A stretch of DNA of 64,000 bases from a virus (IMGVR_UViG_3300021431_000008), one strand, 5' to 3'. Positions 1 through 9,688 are shown, numbered from the stretch's first letter. Notes: generated by a model not told the origin, from the sequence alone. Made by a program: numbers and translations.

Positions 1-12
1 ATTATCCTTTAC

Positions 13-672
13 TTATTTTGTTGGAATTGTGATCACATTACCATTAGCATCAACAAAACCGCCAAGCATGGATGCATCAATAACCCCGGCTTGCGATAGC
101 GCAGTTGCTATATTGGCAGTAGAATTATAGATAGCAGTTCCCTCATTCATCAGTTTCTTAATCTGAGCAACATGAGCGACCTTGTTCTTGAAACGAGCTC
201 TACCGCGCTCAATTTCACTGTCACGAATGTCCTGAAGTCTTCGATCAAACTCAATGTTACTGATGATCTTATCGGCTTCTTCTTTACTAATCGACCGTTT
301 AAACTTTATAAGCTTTTTCGGATGATCACGCAGATACTCTGACATTTGAGCCTGCTTTTTGGTTGCCCGCTTCTCTTTGGCATCTTGCACTTTTTTCTTT
401 ACTGCATTTGCCGCTTTCTTAACCGGACCGTCGTCTGTTTTCTTTTCACGAGGAGGGCCAATGCCATAGCGTTCGCGCCCGGCCGGTGTTAGCGTCCCAT
501 CATAATTCTGGAACCTTCTGACGCCATGCTTTGCGCCTTTGATTTGATAATGTTCAAGAAAATCGCCAGCTTCGTCAAGCGACTTCGTATAAATTACATT
601 GTCAAATCCTTTAACGCCGTGATGGGCCAGATAATTCGTTTCAAATTCAGTCATTGTGTCTGAACCCTCCAC
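13..672 (-). CDS. hypothetical phage protein
   Basis: 219-aa ORF; followed by a hairpin plus T-run downstream on the minus strand; no recognisable motifs. Confidence 0.5.
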   Translation of the reverse strand: MEGSDTMTEFETNYLAHHGVKGFDNVIYTKSLDEAGDFLEHYQIKGAKHGVRRFQNYDGTLTPAGRERYGIGPPREKKTDDGPVKKAANAVKKKVQDAKEKRATKKQAQMSEYLRDHPKKLIKFKRSISKEEADKIISNIEFDRRLQDIRDSEIERGRARFKNKVAHVAQIKKLMNEGTAIYNSTANIATALSQAGVIDASMLGGFVDANGNVITIPTK

Positions 673-685
673 TTATACATTTGAT

Positions 686-726
686 AAAAAAAAAGAGAAA
701 GAGCCCCTGATTGCTCAAGGGCTCCC
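686..726 (-). terminator. rho-independent terminator (GAGCCCCT/AGGGCTC stem + T-run on minus strand)
   Basis: inverted repeat gagcccctgattgctcaagggctc adjacent to an A9 run on plus (T-run on minus), just downstream of the 742..1311 CDS. Confidence 0.6.
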
Positions 727-741
727 TCTCCTACGTGAGCT

Positions 742-1311
742 TTAGTCGGCAGCGCTCCGAACCATGCGGATAAACTTGTGCAGCTCTTCTTTTTCGTATT
801 CGGAACTGGTGGTATCCATCATATGTTCAAGCTTCTCGACTACACGATCGCCAATACTATGTCTGCTGTACCGATGATCCTCGCGATAACGGCCATCCGA
901 ATAATAGTACGGATCCGGACCGCAGTTCGACATATCGTCACCACTACGGTACCAGCCTTGCACACCGTAATCGCCAGAGTAATCATCCATCATACGTCCG
1001 CCATAGGAAATCCGCATGGGCCTGTAACTCCCGTCAGAACGGGGCATGCGCATCGGGCGCCCATAAGACGTAATGTGATACTGACGGTAAGGAGTATCAT
1101 GACCGGAATAACCCCGCTCGGAGTACTCCATGTCTTCTTTCTCCTTTTCCTTCATCTTGCAGTCTTCAATCTCGCACGTTAAAAGATCGCGGAGATTCAT
1201 ACCGTCAAGAGCAGCTTTCGTTTCAGCGGGAGTGAGGTCGGACTTCTTAAACAGCTCTTCCAGGCACTTTTCTACGGTTGCCTTTCCGTGTTTCATGGAT
1301 TCAACTTCCAT
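742..1311 (-). CDS. hypothetical protein, Tyr/Asp/Arg-rich with internal repeat (SYGRPMRMPRSDG / SYRPMRISYGGR)
   Basis: 189-aa ORF on the dominant strand; the antisense plus-strand ORF 778..1182 is rejected. Confidence 0.5.
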   Translation of the reverse strand: MEVESMKHGKATVEKCLEELFKKSDLTPAETKAALDGMNLRDLLTCEIEDCKMKEKEKEDMEYSERGYSGHDTPYRQYHITSYGRPMRMPRSDGSYRPMRISYGGRMMDDYSGDYGVQGWYRSGDDMSNCGPDPYYYSDGRYREDHRYSRHSIGDRVVEKLEHMMDTTSSEYEKEELHKFIRMVRSAAD

Positions 1312-1324
1312 TTTGAATTCCTCC

Positions 1325-1771
1325 TCACTTCGTAATCAGCAGGTTCGCGCCCTGCACCAGAATAGGAATAGTGCTGGTATTACGAACCGAGAGTGTCTGG
1401 CAGCAACCTCTCCAAATGGGAACGCCGGTCTCACGGGACACATTGAAGAATTCTTCAGCAGCCGCGGGAGTCACCGTCATAGTAGTTCCTGCCAGAGTAT
1501 TTCCGTCGAGGGCAAAAGCCACAGAAATGGGTTCTACCGTCTCGCCGGTGGGAACAGCAATATTCGCGCCAAACGCCGCAGTATACCGCACAACACGGTT
1601 CCTAAGGCAGCAGGAGTAGTTCGTATCGCTGACACCCTTCATTAAAAACGCACCGCTATCTTCACGATGCAGAATGAGTCCACGGTAGCACGGCTCCGAA
1701 GCTTCAGTGAAGACAATGGACTCACCGGGATTGACCGTCTGTACGGCCACGCCAGTCCATTCAGCCATCAC
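1325..1771 (-). CDS. hypothetical protein
   Basis: 148-aa ORF, tightly packed with neighbours. Confidence 0.5.
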   Translation of the reverse strand: MMAEWTGVAVQTVNPGESIVFTEASEPCYRGLILHREDSGAFLMKGVSDTNYSCCLRNRVVRYTAAFGANIAVPTGETVEPISVAFALDGNTLAGTTMTVTPAAAEEFFNVSRETGVPIWRGCCQTLSVRNTSTIPILVQGANLLITK

Positions 1772-1780
1772 GGCACCTCC

Positions 1781-2638
1781 TTATGCGGCGCAACCGCAAC
1801 CGCAACCGGAGTTCTGATTGCAGCAGCTCGGATTCTGCACGATCCACGCAGGACGCGGAGTCGGCATTACGTACTGCTCAACCTCATTCGCCAGAGCACG
1901 CTGACCGGCCAGAATCTGAGCGGTCTGATCATTCTGGGAAGCGCGACGATTCGCCTCATTGAGCTGAGAAGTAAGAGCAGCGATCTGCTGGTCCTTACCG
2001 GCAAGCTCGAGAGCGCAAATCTTGTCCATCACCGTCTGAATCCCGCTATTCACGGTGTTCATCAGGTTCTGAGTATTCGTGTTATTGGCCATCATCATAG
2101 AAGTAAGGCCCTCGCTGAGAGCGGTGCGGTCTGCACAGTTCTCGGTCGCAACGGTATACTTCAGATCGGCAAGACCGGCGCGATTCTCGCAGCAGCAGTT
2201 CTGCAGACCCATCGCAAGACTATTCATGCTCTGCAGAGTGGCAGCCTGATTGGCGTTCAGAGTCTGGAGAACATTGGCCTGAGCATTGCAGCGAGAGATC
2301 TCAGCGTTGGCGAAGCCGTTGTTGATGGCACCGGTGATCCCGTTCAGGCTGCCCATGATAGCAGACTGGTCGAAACCACGCTGAACATCAGTGTTCGTAG
2401 TGTTATTCAGCATCCAGGGCATCATACCCATACCGCCGCCACCGAAGCCGAAGCCGTTGCCCCAGCCATTATTGGCGAACAGAAGAAGAATGATCAGCCA
2501 CCAGGCGCCGTTGCCGCCAAAACCGAACCCATCGTTCCCATAGCCGCCACCATAAGGCGCCACGGGCATCGTAAACTGAGTTCCACCATTTTCAGAATAA
2601 GACATATGCTTATTCCCCCTAGAAATAGATTTGTCCAA
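1781..2638 (-). CDS. hypothetical Gly-rich (GFGFGG repeats) plus alpha-helical protein, possible structural protein
   Basis: 285 aa; N-terminal GGGYGNDGFGFGGNG...GFGFGGGGMG low-complexity region, hydrophobic segment, then Q/N/A-rich helical region. Confidence 0.5.
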   Translation of the reverse strand: MDKSISRGNKHMSYSENGGTQFTMPVAPYGGGYGNDGFGFGGNGAWWLIILLLFANNGWGNGFGFGGGGMGMMPWMLNNTTNTDVQRGFDQSAIMGSLNGITGAINNGFANAEISRCNAQANVLQTLNANQAATLQSMNSLAMGLQNCCCENRAGLADLKYTVATENCADRTALSEGLTSMMMANNTNTQNLMNTVNSGIQTVMDKICALELAGKDQQIAALTSQLNEANRRASQNDQTAQILAGQRALANEVEQYVMPTPRPAWIVQNPSCCNQNSGCGCGCAA

Positions 2639-2758
2639 ATCAGATCCCTATGCGCACTTGGGAAATAACCTGAACATTTGGCAAGCCAATAAGGAGACCT
2701 CTCATTTTGAGAAGCCTCCCTCCTATTTCGACGGGTTCGGTTTTGTGGTTAGTAAAAA

Positions 2759-3001
2759 TTATCTGCGACCGCCGGTCCAGCTGTCAGCTACTTTCGCAAG
2801 CTGCTCAAACTGAGCCTGGGTCATTTGCCCTCGCTGCATCATCTGTCGAACCATCTGTTCGGCAGATAAGCCGGTCGGGGCTAATTGTTGGGCCATGCCC
2901 TGAAGCATCTCATTCAGATTGGCGGGCGGTCTCTGAGCGCCCTGAGTCTGCTGATAGGATTTATAAAGCGGATTCGCACTCATTTCTCTTGCCCCCTCCA
3001 T
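2759..3001 (-). CDS. hypothetical protein (Q/M-rich)
   Basis: 80-aa ORF on the dominant strand; a plus-strand 265-aa ORF covering it looks antisense and low-complexity. Confidence 0.4.
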   Translation of the reverse strand: MEGAREMSANPLYKSYQQTQGAQRPPANLNEMLQGMAQQLAPTGLSAEQMVRQMMQRGQMTQAQFEQLAKVADSWTGGRR

Positions 3002-3399
3002 TCTTTCATGAGTTCCTGCAGCGTTTCACTCATATTCGATACGAGATCGTAAAGCTGCTGATGTTCTTGCTTCGTTACAAAGTTTGCTTCGGGGCCAAAC
3101 GGAACTTCATCCATTTCGTACCGAAGCCTCTTAAGCGGATTCTTGATTTCACCTTTACTGTCCGTTTCACGAATCCAGATAATATTGGTTTCCTGTTCCG
3201 GAAAGTAAAAATGCTCATTCGGAGTCCTCGGATAGTCGAGAACTTCATTCATGTTGGCGACATAGTGGACATTACACTGCTGCTGCGGAACCTGAGGCGC
3301 AGGTCCGGGTTGCATAGTCTGTCCGCCGCCAAGATTCGGCATTCCCGCGGTAACGGGAGTAGCCGGACTCAAAGTGCCATTAAAGAAGTTATTAGGCAT
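2980..3399 (-). CDS. hypothetical protein
   Basis: 139 aa; GAGGAG RBS 13 nt upstream of the ATG at 3399. Confidence 0.45.
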   Translation of the reverse strand: MPNNFFNGTLSPATPVTAGMPNLGGGQTMQPGPAPQVPQQQCNVHYVANMNEVLDYPRTPNEHFYFPEQETNIIWIRETDSKGEIKNPLKRLRYEMDEVPFGPEANFVTKQEHQQLYDLVSNMSETLQELMKEWRGQEK

Positions 3400-3402
3400 T
3401 GC

Positions 3403-3786
3403 TCACGGTTCTCCTCTCGTCCAGTAATAGAACGGTATTTCGTTACCCGAATCCCATGTGTCGAAATAATCTCCGTCAACAACGGCAACCACATGCTGAT
3501 CTAATGCCAGCAGAAAACGTCCTCTCGGATAATCGCGGCAAAAATCTTTTACCGTATAACAGAAAGGACAAGTATCAGGTAAACCCCGCCGGACATAACC
3601 CAGGCGATCGAGATAAGCACCCCATGTAGAATTTCCAGACGGCATATCCTTTCGGAGAAAACCTTCGAAAGCGGTTCCTGCATAAACAGAATCCCAATCC
3701 TGATCCGTCAATTTACATATAGCTCTTATCGTGCAATCGCCCACGTAGCGTCCGGCAGGATTGGGATTGTAAGCTACGTAAGCCAT
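3403..3786 (-). CDS. hypothetical protein with conserved Cys/His (possible papain-like peptidase, speculative)
   Basis: 127 aa; VGDCTIRAI ... DQHVVAVVDGDYFDTWD; located next to the lysin gene. Confidence 0.45.
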   Translation of the reverse strand: MAYVAYNPNPAGRYVGDCTIRAICKLTDQDWDSVYAGTAFEGFLRKDMPSGNSTWGAYLDRLGYVRRGLPDTCPFCYTVKDFCRDYPRGRFLLALDQHVVAVVDGDYFDTWDSGNEIPFYYWTRGEP

Positions 3787-3792
3787 TTTGAA

Positions 3793-4623
3793 TTAGAAGT
3801 CAGGCGGAAGAGCCATAAGCTTCTTCCAAGTTTTCGGACCCACGATGCCATCGGCTTTAAGCCCGTTAGCAGCCTGGAATTCTTTAACTTTGCGTTCCAG
3901 ACTTTCCGCAAATACACCGCAGATCAGCACGTTATAGCCGTGACACTTCAAAAGAGCTTGAAGCAAATATGCCTCTGTCCAATTGAGTCCATTCTGGATC
4001 GTTCTAGGAGGCCAGGTTTTTTCGATAGCAATCCCTTCGTCGTCTTCATCCTGAGGAACCGGAGTCGGCTCTGGTGTAGGAGTAGGCGTCGGTACTGGAT
4101 CGTCAGAAGGCGGAGCCCATCCATTAAACTTTGCATACCAGGAACGTGCGTAAGGAAGACGAGCGTTCAGAGCACCCTGCTTATCGGCAGGATTTTCCCA
4201 AATCCAAACAAGCTGATGCATAATTTCATCGATACTGTGACTGGACTTACAAAGGTTGTAAATGCCCGGAAAATCTTCTCGCATTTCGATGAAGATAAAT
4301 TCTTTCTGAGCGTCATGATCGGCAATACTTACGCCACGACTTTTAACATACTCGTAGAACTTTTTCTTTCTACTCCAAAAAGTCCACTGGATGTATCCAA
4401 AGCCGACTTCGTCGTAAATGAAATTCTTTCCGTTATAGGTAATAAGCCCTGCATCAGCGCGTCGAATATACTCTTCATCGCTGACTACACGATTGATGCG
4501 ATCCTCGGCATTGTCGCAACGGAAAGCGCTTTCGCCCTGAATGTTTGCAAGAAGCGAAACGGCGCCTTCGACTGTGAAGCCTTCTTGAATTGCTCTATAA
4601 TAAAGTATTTCTGGAACTGTCAT
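3793..4623 (-). CDS. endolysin / cell-wall hydrolase: lysozyme-like N-domain, PT-rich linker, C-terminal PG_binding_1 domain
   Basis: N-terminal NIQGESAF...GFGYIQW motif (shared with the 29761..30471 product), PVPTPTPTPEPTPVP linker, C-terminal ...FQAANGLKADGIVGPKTWKKL typical of peptidoglycan-binding domain 1. Confidence 0.75.
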   Translation of the reverse strand: MTVPEILYYRAIQEGFTVEGAVSLLANIQGESAFRCDNAEDRINRVVSDEEYIRRADAGLITYNGKNFIYDEVGFGYIQWTFWSRKKKFYEYVKSRGVSIADHDAQKEFIFIEMREDFPGIYNLCKSSHSIDEIMHQLVWIWENPADKQGALNARLPYARSWYAKFNGWAPPSDDPVPTPTPTPEPTPVPQDEDDEGIAIEKTWPPRTIQNGLNWTEAYLLQALLKCHGYNVLICGVFAESLERKVKEFQAANGLKADGIVGPKTWKKLMALPPDF

Positions 4624-4638
4624 AATTCGTGGCCTCCT

Positions 4639-5040
4639 TTAATAACCAAAGCGGGCCACTTCTTTCATGGTCCATTCTAGCTCATCGATTTGAGCTTTAT
4701 AAGCATTTGCAACGGTTCCGCTTGCAGGCGGATCAAAGATCATTCGCGTCTTCAGATAAATGTACTGCTTGACTTCTTCCGGCATCTCTTCGGGATCCAT
4801 AAAATCGGCCCATGTATCAGCATCTGTATGAATCTTAAACGGAGTACTCGGACCGATGCCAAGCTGACAGAGTCTGGAGAACGCGGAATTAATATTGATG
4901 ATCAGATCCGTATCGAAAACCTCGTAGGAGGCCGACGGACCAATCATTTGTCTAATAGTAAGTAGAATCGAATCGTCCATTTTGAATAAGCCTCCTAGTT
5001 TGTGTAAAGTTAACTTTTCAGTTATAGCTTCCACGGACAT
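4639..5040 (-). CDS. hypothetical protein
   Basis: 133-aa ORF. Confidence 0.5.
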   Translation of the reverse strand: MSVEAITEKLTLHKLGGLFKMDDSILLTIRQMIGPSASYEVFDTDLIININSAFSRLCQLGIGPSTPFKIHTDADTWADFMDPEEMPEEVKQYIYLKTRMIFDPPASGTVANAYKAQIDELEWTMKEVARFGY

Positions 5041-5498
5041 GTGTCGTTCGGGGAGCGCGCTGTTAATTCATAAGGTAGAATCAAAGACTCGTCGCCGTAG
5101 TGAATTGCATTATGCGTATCGAGGCGACAGGAAATCACGTATTCCGGATTCATTAGAAACTCAGTCTGATCGAGAATGTCTTTCGTGTCGATCGGATTCA
5201 TGTGATGAATAAAGATGAGCTCATCAGGAGCATATTCATGGCCATCAATACCGAGGTCACAGCCATGGTCACGAACAATAATGTCACGACGAAATCTTCG
5301 CCATTCGTAGGATGTATAAAACTTCTGATTGATGTAGCGTTCCCAGCCGAATGTCTCTTCTCCGACAGCGCCTCCGAGCTTCAAATATCTGAAGCGTTCA
5401 AGGAATGTCGGAATCTGCATTAACTCAGTATACGTACGGATCGAATGGTTCATCTGTAGTCTCCGTTCGATAAGAAGTAAGCGCATCAATAACTTCAC
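5022..5498 (-). CDS. HNH (His-Me finger) endonuclease
   Basis: RRDIIVRDHGCDLG...FIHHMNPI...THNAIHYGD spacing typical of phage HNH endonucleases. Confidence 0.6.
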   Translation of the reverse strand: MKLLMRLLLIERRLQMNHSIRTYTELMQIPTFLERFRYLKLGGAVGEETFGWERYINQKFYTSYEWRRFRRDIIVRDHGCDLGIDGHEYAPDELIFIHHMNPIDTKDILDQTEFLMNPEYVISCRLDTHNAIHYGDESLILPYELTARSPNDTCPWKL

Positions 5499-5778
5499 GA
5501 TAGAACACGGCGCGATCCTTCTCGGATTCGATAGCCGAAGTCTTCGCTCGAAGTAAAGCGTTCTCTTCTTTTAGCTTTTCCATCTCTTCACGTTGTCTAA
5601 CTGATCCGGCTTTTAGAAAATGAACGTATTCGGCAGCAGTTGCGGTCCCGTTGTCGATGCGTTCTTCGACGGCACGAAAACTTTTCGCGATTAATCGGTT
5701 TTCCCACTCTTCGGGAGTCATTGGAGGAGCCGAATCGAGAAACTCATTTTTAGTTTTACTGGACTTTCTGGCAGCCAA
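5425..5778 (-). CDS. hypothetical protein (apparent TTG start)
   Basis: 117 aa; in-frame stop immediately upstream; AAAGGAG 12 nt before the TTG. Confidence 0.4.
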   Translation of the reverse strand: MAARKSSKTKNEFLDSAPPMTPEEWENRLIAKSFRAVEERIDNGTATAAEYVHFLKAGSVRQREEMEKLKEENALLRAKTSAIESEKDRAVFYREVIDALTSYRTETTDEPFDPYVY

Positions 5779-6295
5779 CTATCTGTTCATCTCCTTTCTG
5801 CCATACTTTGCGTAGACTTCTAATGCCTTTAAGGTGGGTATGATGGGGTTTTTATGTGGTTTATAGGAGGTAAACAACATGAAAGGAGAATCCTGATCCA
5901 AGACAGACAGAAAGGAACAAGCAGCCATGAGCAAAACTGCTAACGGAAACATCATACCCACTTTAAAAGCATTAGAATATTAGAAAATCTCTGTAGAGAA
6001 ATTAAGACTAAATATCAAAAATTGCCCCCGGAGCATTTTTGAGGACCGCCGCGATTGTGGTCCCCCTAGAATATAAAATGACCCCCTCCCGGGTGCTTTA
6101 GGCCGTTTTATATTGAATTTATATTACTTTATATCGAAAATAACGTTAGATATACGAAAAAACATGCACTAAACGATGCGAAAGCGGTTAGACGTTGTAA
6201 AAAAACCGATACTAGACAGCAAACATGTAGACTCATGCCCATAAATCCACATAAAAGCTATCTAGTATCGGCTAATACACACGGAAAGCGCGAGA

Positions 6296-6562
6296 TTACT
6301 GCTCAGTTACCTTCACATAGCAGACTTCTTCGCCCGTAACCGGACTAATGTATCGCAAATCCATCTTACAAATCTCATCGCAAGCATCTTCAATTGCTCT
6401 ATCCATCTCAGCCTGGCTCATTTCAGGAGAAGTGACAGCGATCCGAGCGAGATAGGATGCCGAATAGTATCCGCATTCTTTCTCATCATAAGCTGCCCAA
6501 CGATCATACTGTGTGAAGGGATTAAACTTATTGTCCGTCGTCGTAATCATAGTTCTGGCCAA
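6296..6562 (-). CDS. hypothetical protein
   Basis: 88-aa ORF immediately upstream of the RNAP gene. Confidence 0.45.
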   Translation of the reverse strand: MARTMITTTDNKFNPFTQYDRWAAYDEKECGYYSASYLARIAVTSPEMSQAEMDRAIEDACDEICKMDLRYISPVTGEEVCYVKVTEQ

Positions 6563-6565
6563 CTT

Positions 6566-9500
6566 TTAATCGCCTCCCTCATTAATTTCATTAAAATTCT
6601 TGAATTCTTTCTTTAGTATTTCATAAGAAATTCCAAGCTCTTTAGCCACAGTTGATGGAGCCATGCCAGAGTTCAGCATAATTCTCGCTCTCGACTTAGT
6701 CGAAGCCGGAATTGTGGCCTTTTGTCTCGGCAGTGCGCGCTGCTTAAGTTTTTCTTTGTCCGAATACCGAATGACCTGCTTGAATTTCTCACTGGAAATG
6801 GCACCGGCCTGAATAGCATCCCATTCGCGATCACTGAGCACGATCTGAAACCGTTTTTCATGAGTTCCGCCTCGCACAGCGTCTCTCGCATCAGCTAGGG
6901 CCTTCGAAGCGAGCTTCTTTCGCTTATCGAGATTGTCTTTCTCTTTCAACGTCGGATCTGCTGCAATCTTGGCATCCATCACACTGCTGGCAAGCATCTG
7001 TGCCTGACGTTCTTTCGGAGCTTCAAGTGCTGCAAGATCTAATTTCTTCGTTAAAGTTCCGTCCTTACCGACAACATCCGCATAAGTTTTCTTCGCTGTA
7101 GAATTCTCATCCATCGTTCCAGCTGCTCGTGCCTCTTTGCGAGCTTCATTCGCCAATGCTTTCAAACGATTGGCGTGATCTGCATAGATTTCTTCCATGT
7201 AATAACCGGAAGAAAGCTCATGAGCATCCTTAACGGCTGCCATCTTTTCAGTTTCCTGAGTCGCTTTCTTAATTTTTCCGGTATTTCGATATACAGGTTT
7301 ACCGGATTCATACAAAGCCAACTCCTCGGCTGTCATCTTAGCAGGATCTGTAATCTTCTTCCGCTCTGGGTATGTCCGATTTGTATTACGATAGATTACT
7401 TCACCATTCTTATAGCGTTCATACTCATCGGGAGTCAGCTTCGACGAATTCTTCTTTCCACCACTTTCCAGATACTCTTTGTATTCCTCGTCGCTCATCG
7501 GCTTTGTGCCGTATACTTCTTTCCGTGCCGGAATATCGGCGCGACCTTTGGCCTTGGAAATAAGTGTTGCGGCGCCACCTTTTTCTTTTCCCTGATAACG
7601 AAGTCGTAGTTCGGCAATACCATTGTCGATCTCGGACTGTTGCCAATCCAGATTATGCTTTTCGGCGTCGATAACGACCATGGAATGTTTAACGGCACGT
7701 GTAATCTCGTCCTCATTGCAGCCTATAATCTGCATATCGGTAATAAGGTTAGAAACTTTTCCCATTTCAGCGCCCTTATTGAAGCCGTCACCGCGTTTCG
7801 TTCCATCGCCTTTGCCGGTACGCACCGGATCATCAGGCGATCTAGAATACATTTCGGAAGGATCAAAATCCTTAAGGCCATCGAGAGGCGGACGAGTCTG
7901 TAGTTTCTGTCCAACGGTCGGAATAACAAGAACAGTATCGCCGTCATAGTCGGCACCTGATAACTGTTTTGCAACCGTTGAATTAATGCCAATTGCATGT
8001 GCAGGCGAAGTTCCAAGTGTTTCTTTTCCTTCCGGATTATCATTATTTACAATAAGCCGTGGAATCTCGAAGCGTCCGGCATGTGGATGACGAACCAGAA
8101 TTACTTCTTCACCATTCTCATAGGCAGGTGCATAAACCTCATTGTCTTTCAGACTCGGAACCGGTAAAATTGCGAACGATGCTTGTCTGGGTAAAGCCGC
8201 TGCTTTCAAATGCACAGCCGCGGCATCACAGTTATCAGCAAATTCTTCAAGAAACTCTTTCTTTAATGTAGGATTCGTCAAAGAGCGGTACTCTTCAAAC
8301 TCGTCCTTCATTTCCCCGTAACGAATATCCAGCTGCTTTTTAGCCACAACCGGAAGCTGTTTGGAAAGGAACTGCGACGAGAGGTTCTTCTGCCAACGAT
8401 CCCAGTCTTCGTCATCGTTCACGATATTAATCGGTGAAGTGTGACTCTTTCCATTGGCGTCTGTGTACTCCCATTGTCTGAAGGAAGCTCCAAATGGATT
8501 CTGACTATCGATCTCTCCGTACTGATCTTTCTTCATCTTTTTCAGAACGGAGTTATCGCCGTCGCCGATCATCGGTGTACCTTCATGCTTATTGGTATTG
8601 AAAACGATGTCGACTCCTTCCGGCATTTTCTTTGGATCTCCGTAAATCGCCATACCTTTCAGATAATGAGTTCCATCAACACCAATTCGAACCTGTGCAT
8701 AATTGCGATTTCCTAAAGAAAGATCCTCCGTTCCGGGACGAATCTCAATTACACCGTCTTTTTCCTGACCACCGCCAGGTTTGCCAGTATTGTAATTAAT
8801 CGCAACACGACTGGAATCGATACTCGGAATCGGTTTACGAATCTTTGCTTCTTCCCCATAATTTTCAAAGTAGAGGCCATCAGGAGTTGTAATTTGACTT
8901 AAATGCTCTTTTAGATCCTTCGTCGTTGTATTTCCATCGCAAAGTACTTTTAATGAAGTAAACTGCTTAGGATTCGTTACCTGATGAAGATCATAATTCA
9001 AGACATTATAGCCTTCGTCCTTTAAATAAAGGAGCGCGGCATGTAACTGCTGGTCGCTGATGTTCAACTGCCTTCCAACGCCTTCGCCAACATCCAGATA
9101 AGGCTTTGTTTTAAGCATTTCTGCCAGATTACTGGCAATAATTTCAGTCTTATTCTCGCGACGCTTCTTGGTCGGATCCAGATAGTTGCGAACGGTTCCT
9201 TCCGAAACGCCAAGTCTTTTTGCAATTTCCGTATTCGAATGGCCGTCATCACGCCATTTAATCGCCTGTCTCTGGTTCTCGACGTCCCGCTTTTCACGAT
9301 AGCGTCTTCGGATCTCACGATAGTCAGTGGTGCTCATCCCAAAAGCGGCAGCAACCTCTTTTTCGCTCAGACCCTGTTTGTGAAGTTCATCGGCTCTTTG
9401 GAGCCAATTCCGGTGTCGCTGCGGATTCTTACCGGAACCCCACGGATAGCGTCCAGAGTGTCTCGGAGTTCCGTAATGCGCAATAAATTCTTTTCGGTAC

Positions 9501-9688
9501 TGGCCGGTGGTTTCGTCAAAAACGTTCCTTTCTTCATAAATAAGACCGGTTCCATCGAAATATCCAGCGCCGCTCGAATGGATCAGCACAGCTTCGCTAA
9601 GTTCGTCGTAAAGTTCAGGCGACGGAGACGCCAGATACTCATCAATGTATTCCTTAGGCCAATCCTTGAAAATATCCAGCTCATCCAT
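6566..9688 (-). CDS. single-polypeptide two-barrel RNA polymerase (YonO-like), with N- and C-terminal sigma-region-4-like HTH modules
   Basis: aa ~330-375 ...YGDPKKMPEGVDIVFNTNKHEGTPMIGDG resembles the RNAP beta DPBB (EDMPY..GTPVDIVLNPLGVPSRMN). aa ~525-590 ILVRHPHAGRFEIP...SPAHAIGINSTVAKQLSGADYDGDTVLVIP resembles beta' (RQPTLHRLGIQAF...NADFDGDQMAVHVP) with the catalytic DxDGD. HTHs: HSNTEIAKRLGVSEGTVRNYL near the N-terminus and APSTVAKELGISYEILKKEF at the C-terminus. GGGAGG RBS; start codon shares one nt with the stop of the upstream nuclease gene. Confidence 0.65.
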   Translation of the reverse strand: MDELDIFKDWPKEYIDEYLASPSPELYDELSEAVLIHSSGAGYFDGTGLIYEERNVFDETTGQYRKEFIAHYGTPRHSGRYPWGSGKNPQRHRNWLQRADELHKQGLSEKEVAAAFGMSTTDYREIRRRYREKRDVENQRQAIKWRDDGHSNTEIAKRLGVSEGTVRNYLDPTKKRRENKTEIIASNLAEMLKTKPYLDVGEGVGRQLNISDQQLHAALLYLKDEGYNVLNYDLHQVTNPKQFTSLKVLCDGNTTTKDLKEHLSQITTPDGLYFENYGEEAKIRKPIPSIDSSRVAINYNTGKPGGGQEKDGVIEIRPGTEDLSLGNRNYAQVRIGVDGTHYLKGMAIYGDPKKMPEGVDIVFNTNKHEGTPMIGDGDNSVLKKMKKDQYGEIDSQNPFGASFRQWEYTDANGKSHTSPINIVNDDEDWDRWQKNLSSQFLSKQLPVVAKKQLDIRYGEMKDEFEEYRSLTNPTLKKEFLEEFADNCDAAAVHLKAAALPRQASFAILPVPSLKDNEVYAPAYENGEEVILVRHPHAGRFEIPRLIVNNDNPEGKETLGTSPAHAIGINSTVAKQLSGADYDGDTVLVIPTVGQKLQTRPPLDGLKDFDPSEMYSRSPDDPVRTGKGDGTKRGDGFNKGAEMGKVSNLITDMQIIGCNEDEITRAVKHSMVVIDAEKHNLDWQQSEIDNGIAELRLRYQGKEKGGAATLISKAKGRADIPARKEVYGTKPMSDEEYKEYLESGGKKNSSKLTPDEYERYKNGEVIYRNTNRTYPERKKITDPAKMTAEELALYESGKPVYRNTGKIKKATQETEKMAAVKDAHELSSGYYMEEIYADHANRLKALANEARKEARAAGTMDENSTAKKTYADVVGKDGTLTKKLDLAALEAPKERQAQMLASSVMDAKIAADPTLKEKDNLDKRKKLASKALADARDAVRGGTHEKRFQIVLSDREWDAIQAGAISSEKFKQVIRYSDKEKLKQRALPRQKATIPASTKSRARIMLNSGMAPSTVAKELGISYEILKKEFKNFNEINEGGD

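Noticed and set aside
1667-2668. 333-aa plus-strand ORF
   Set aside because: It lies antisense to the Gly-rich minus-strand gene 1781..2638. Its composition is low-complexity (R/S/H/L-rich) with no RBS. The whole region is transcribed leftward.
2707-3504. 265-aa plus-strand ORF
   Set aside because: It runs antisense across two well-supported minus-strand genes that have RBSs. The sequence is Arg/Ser-rich junk.
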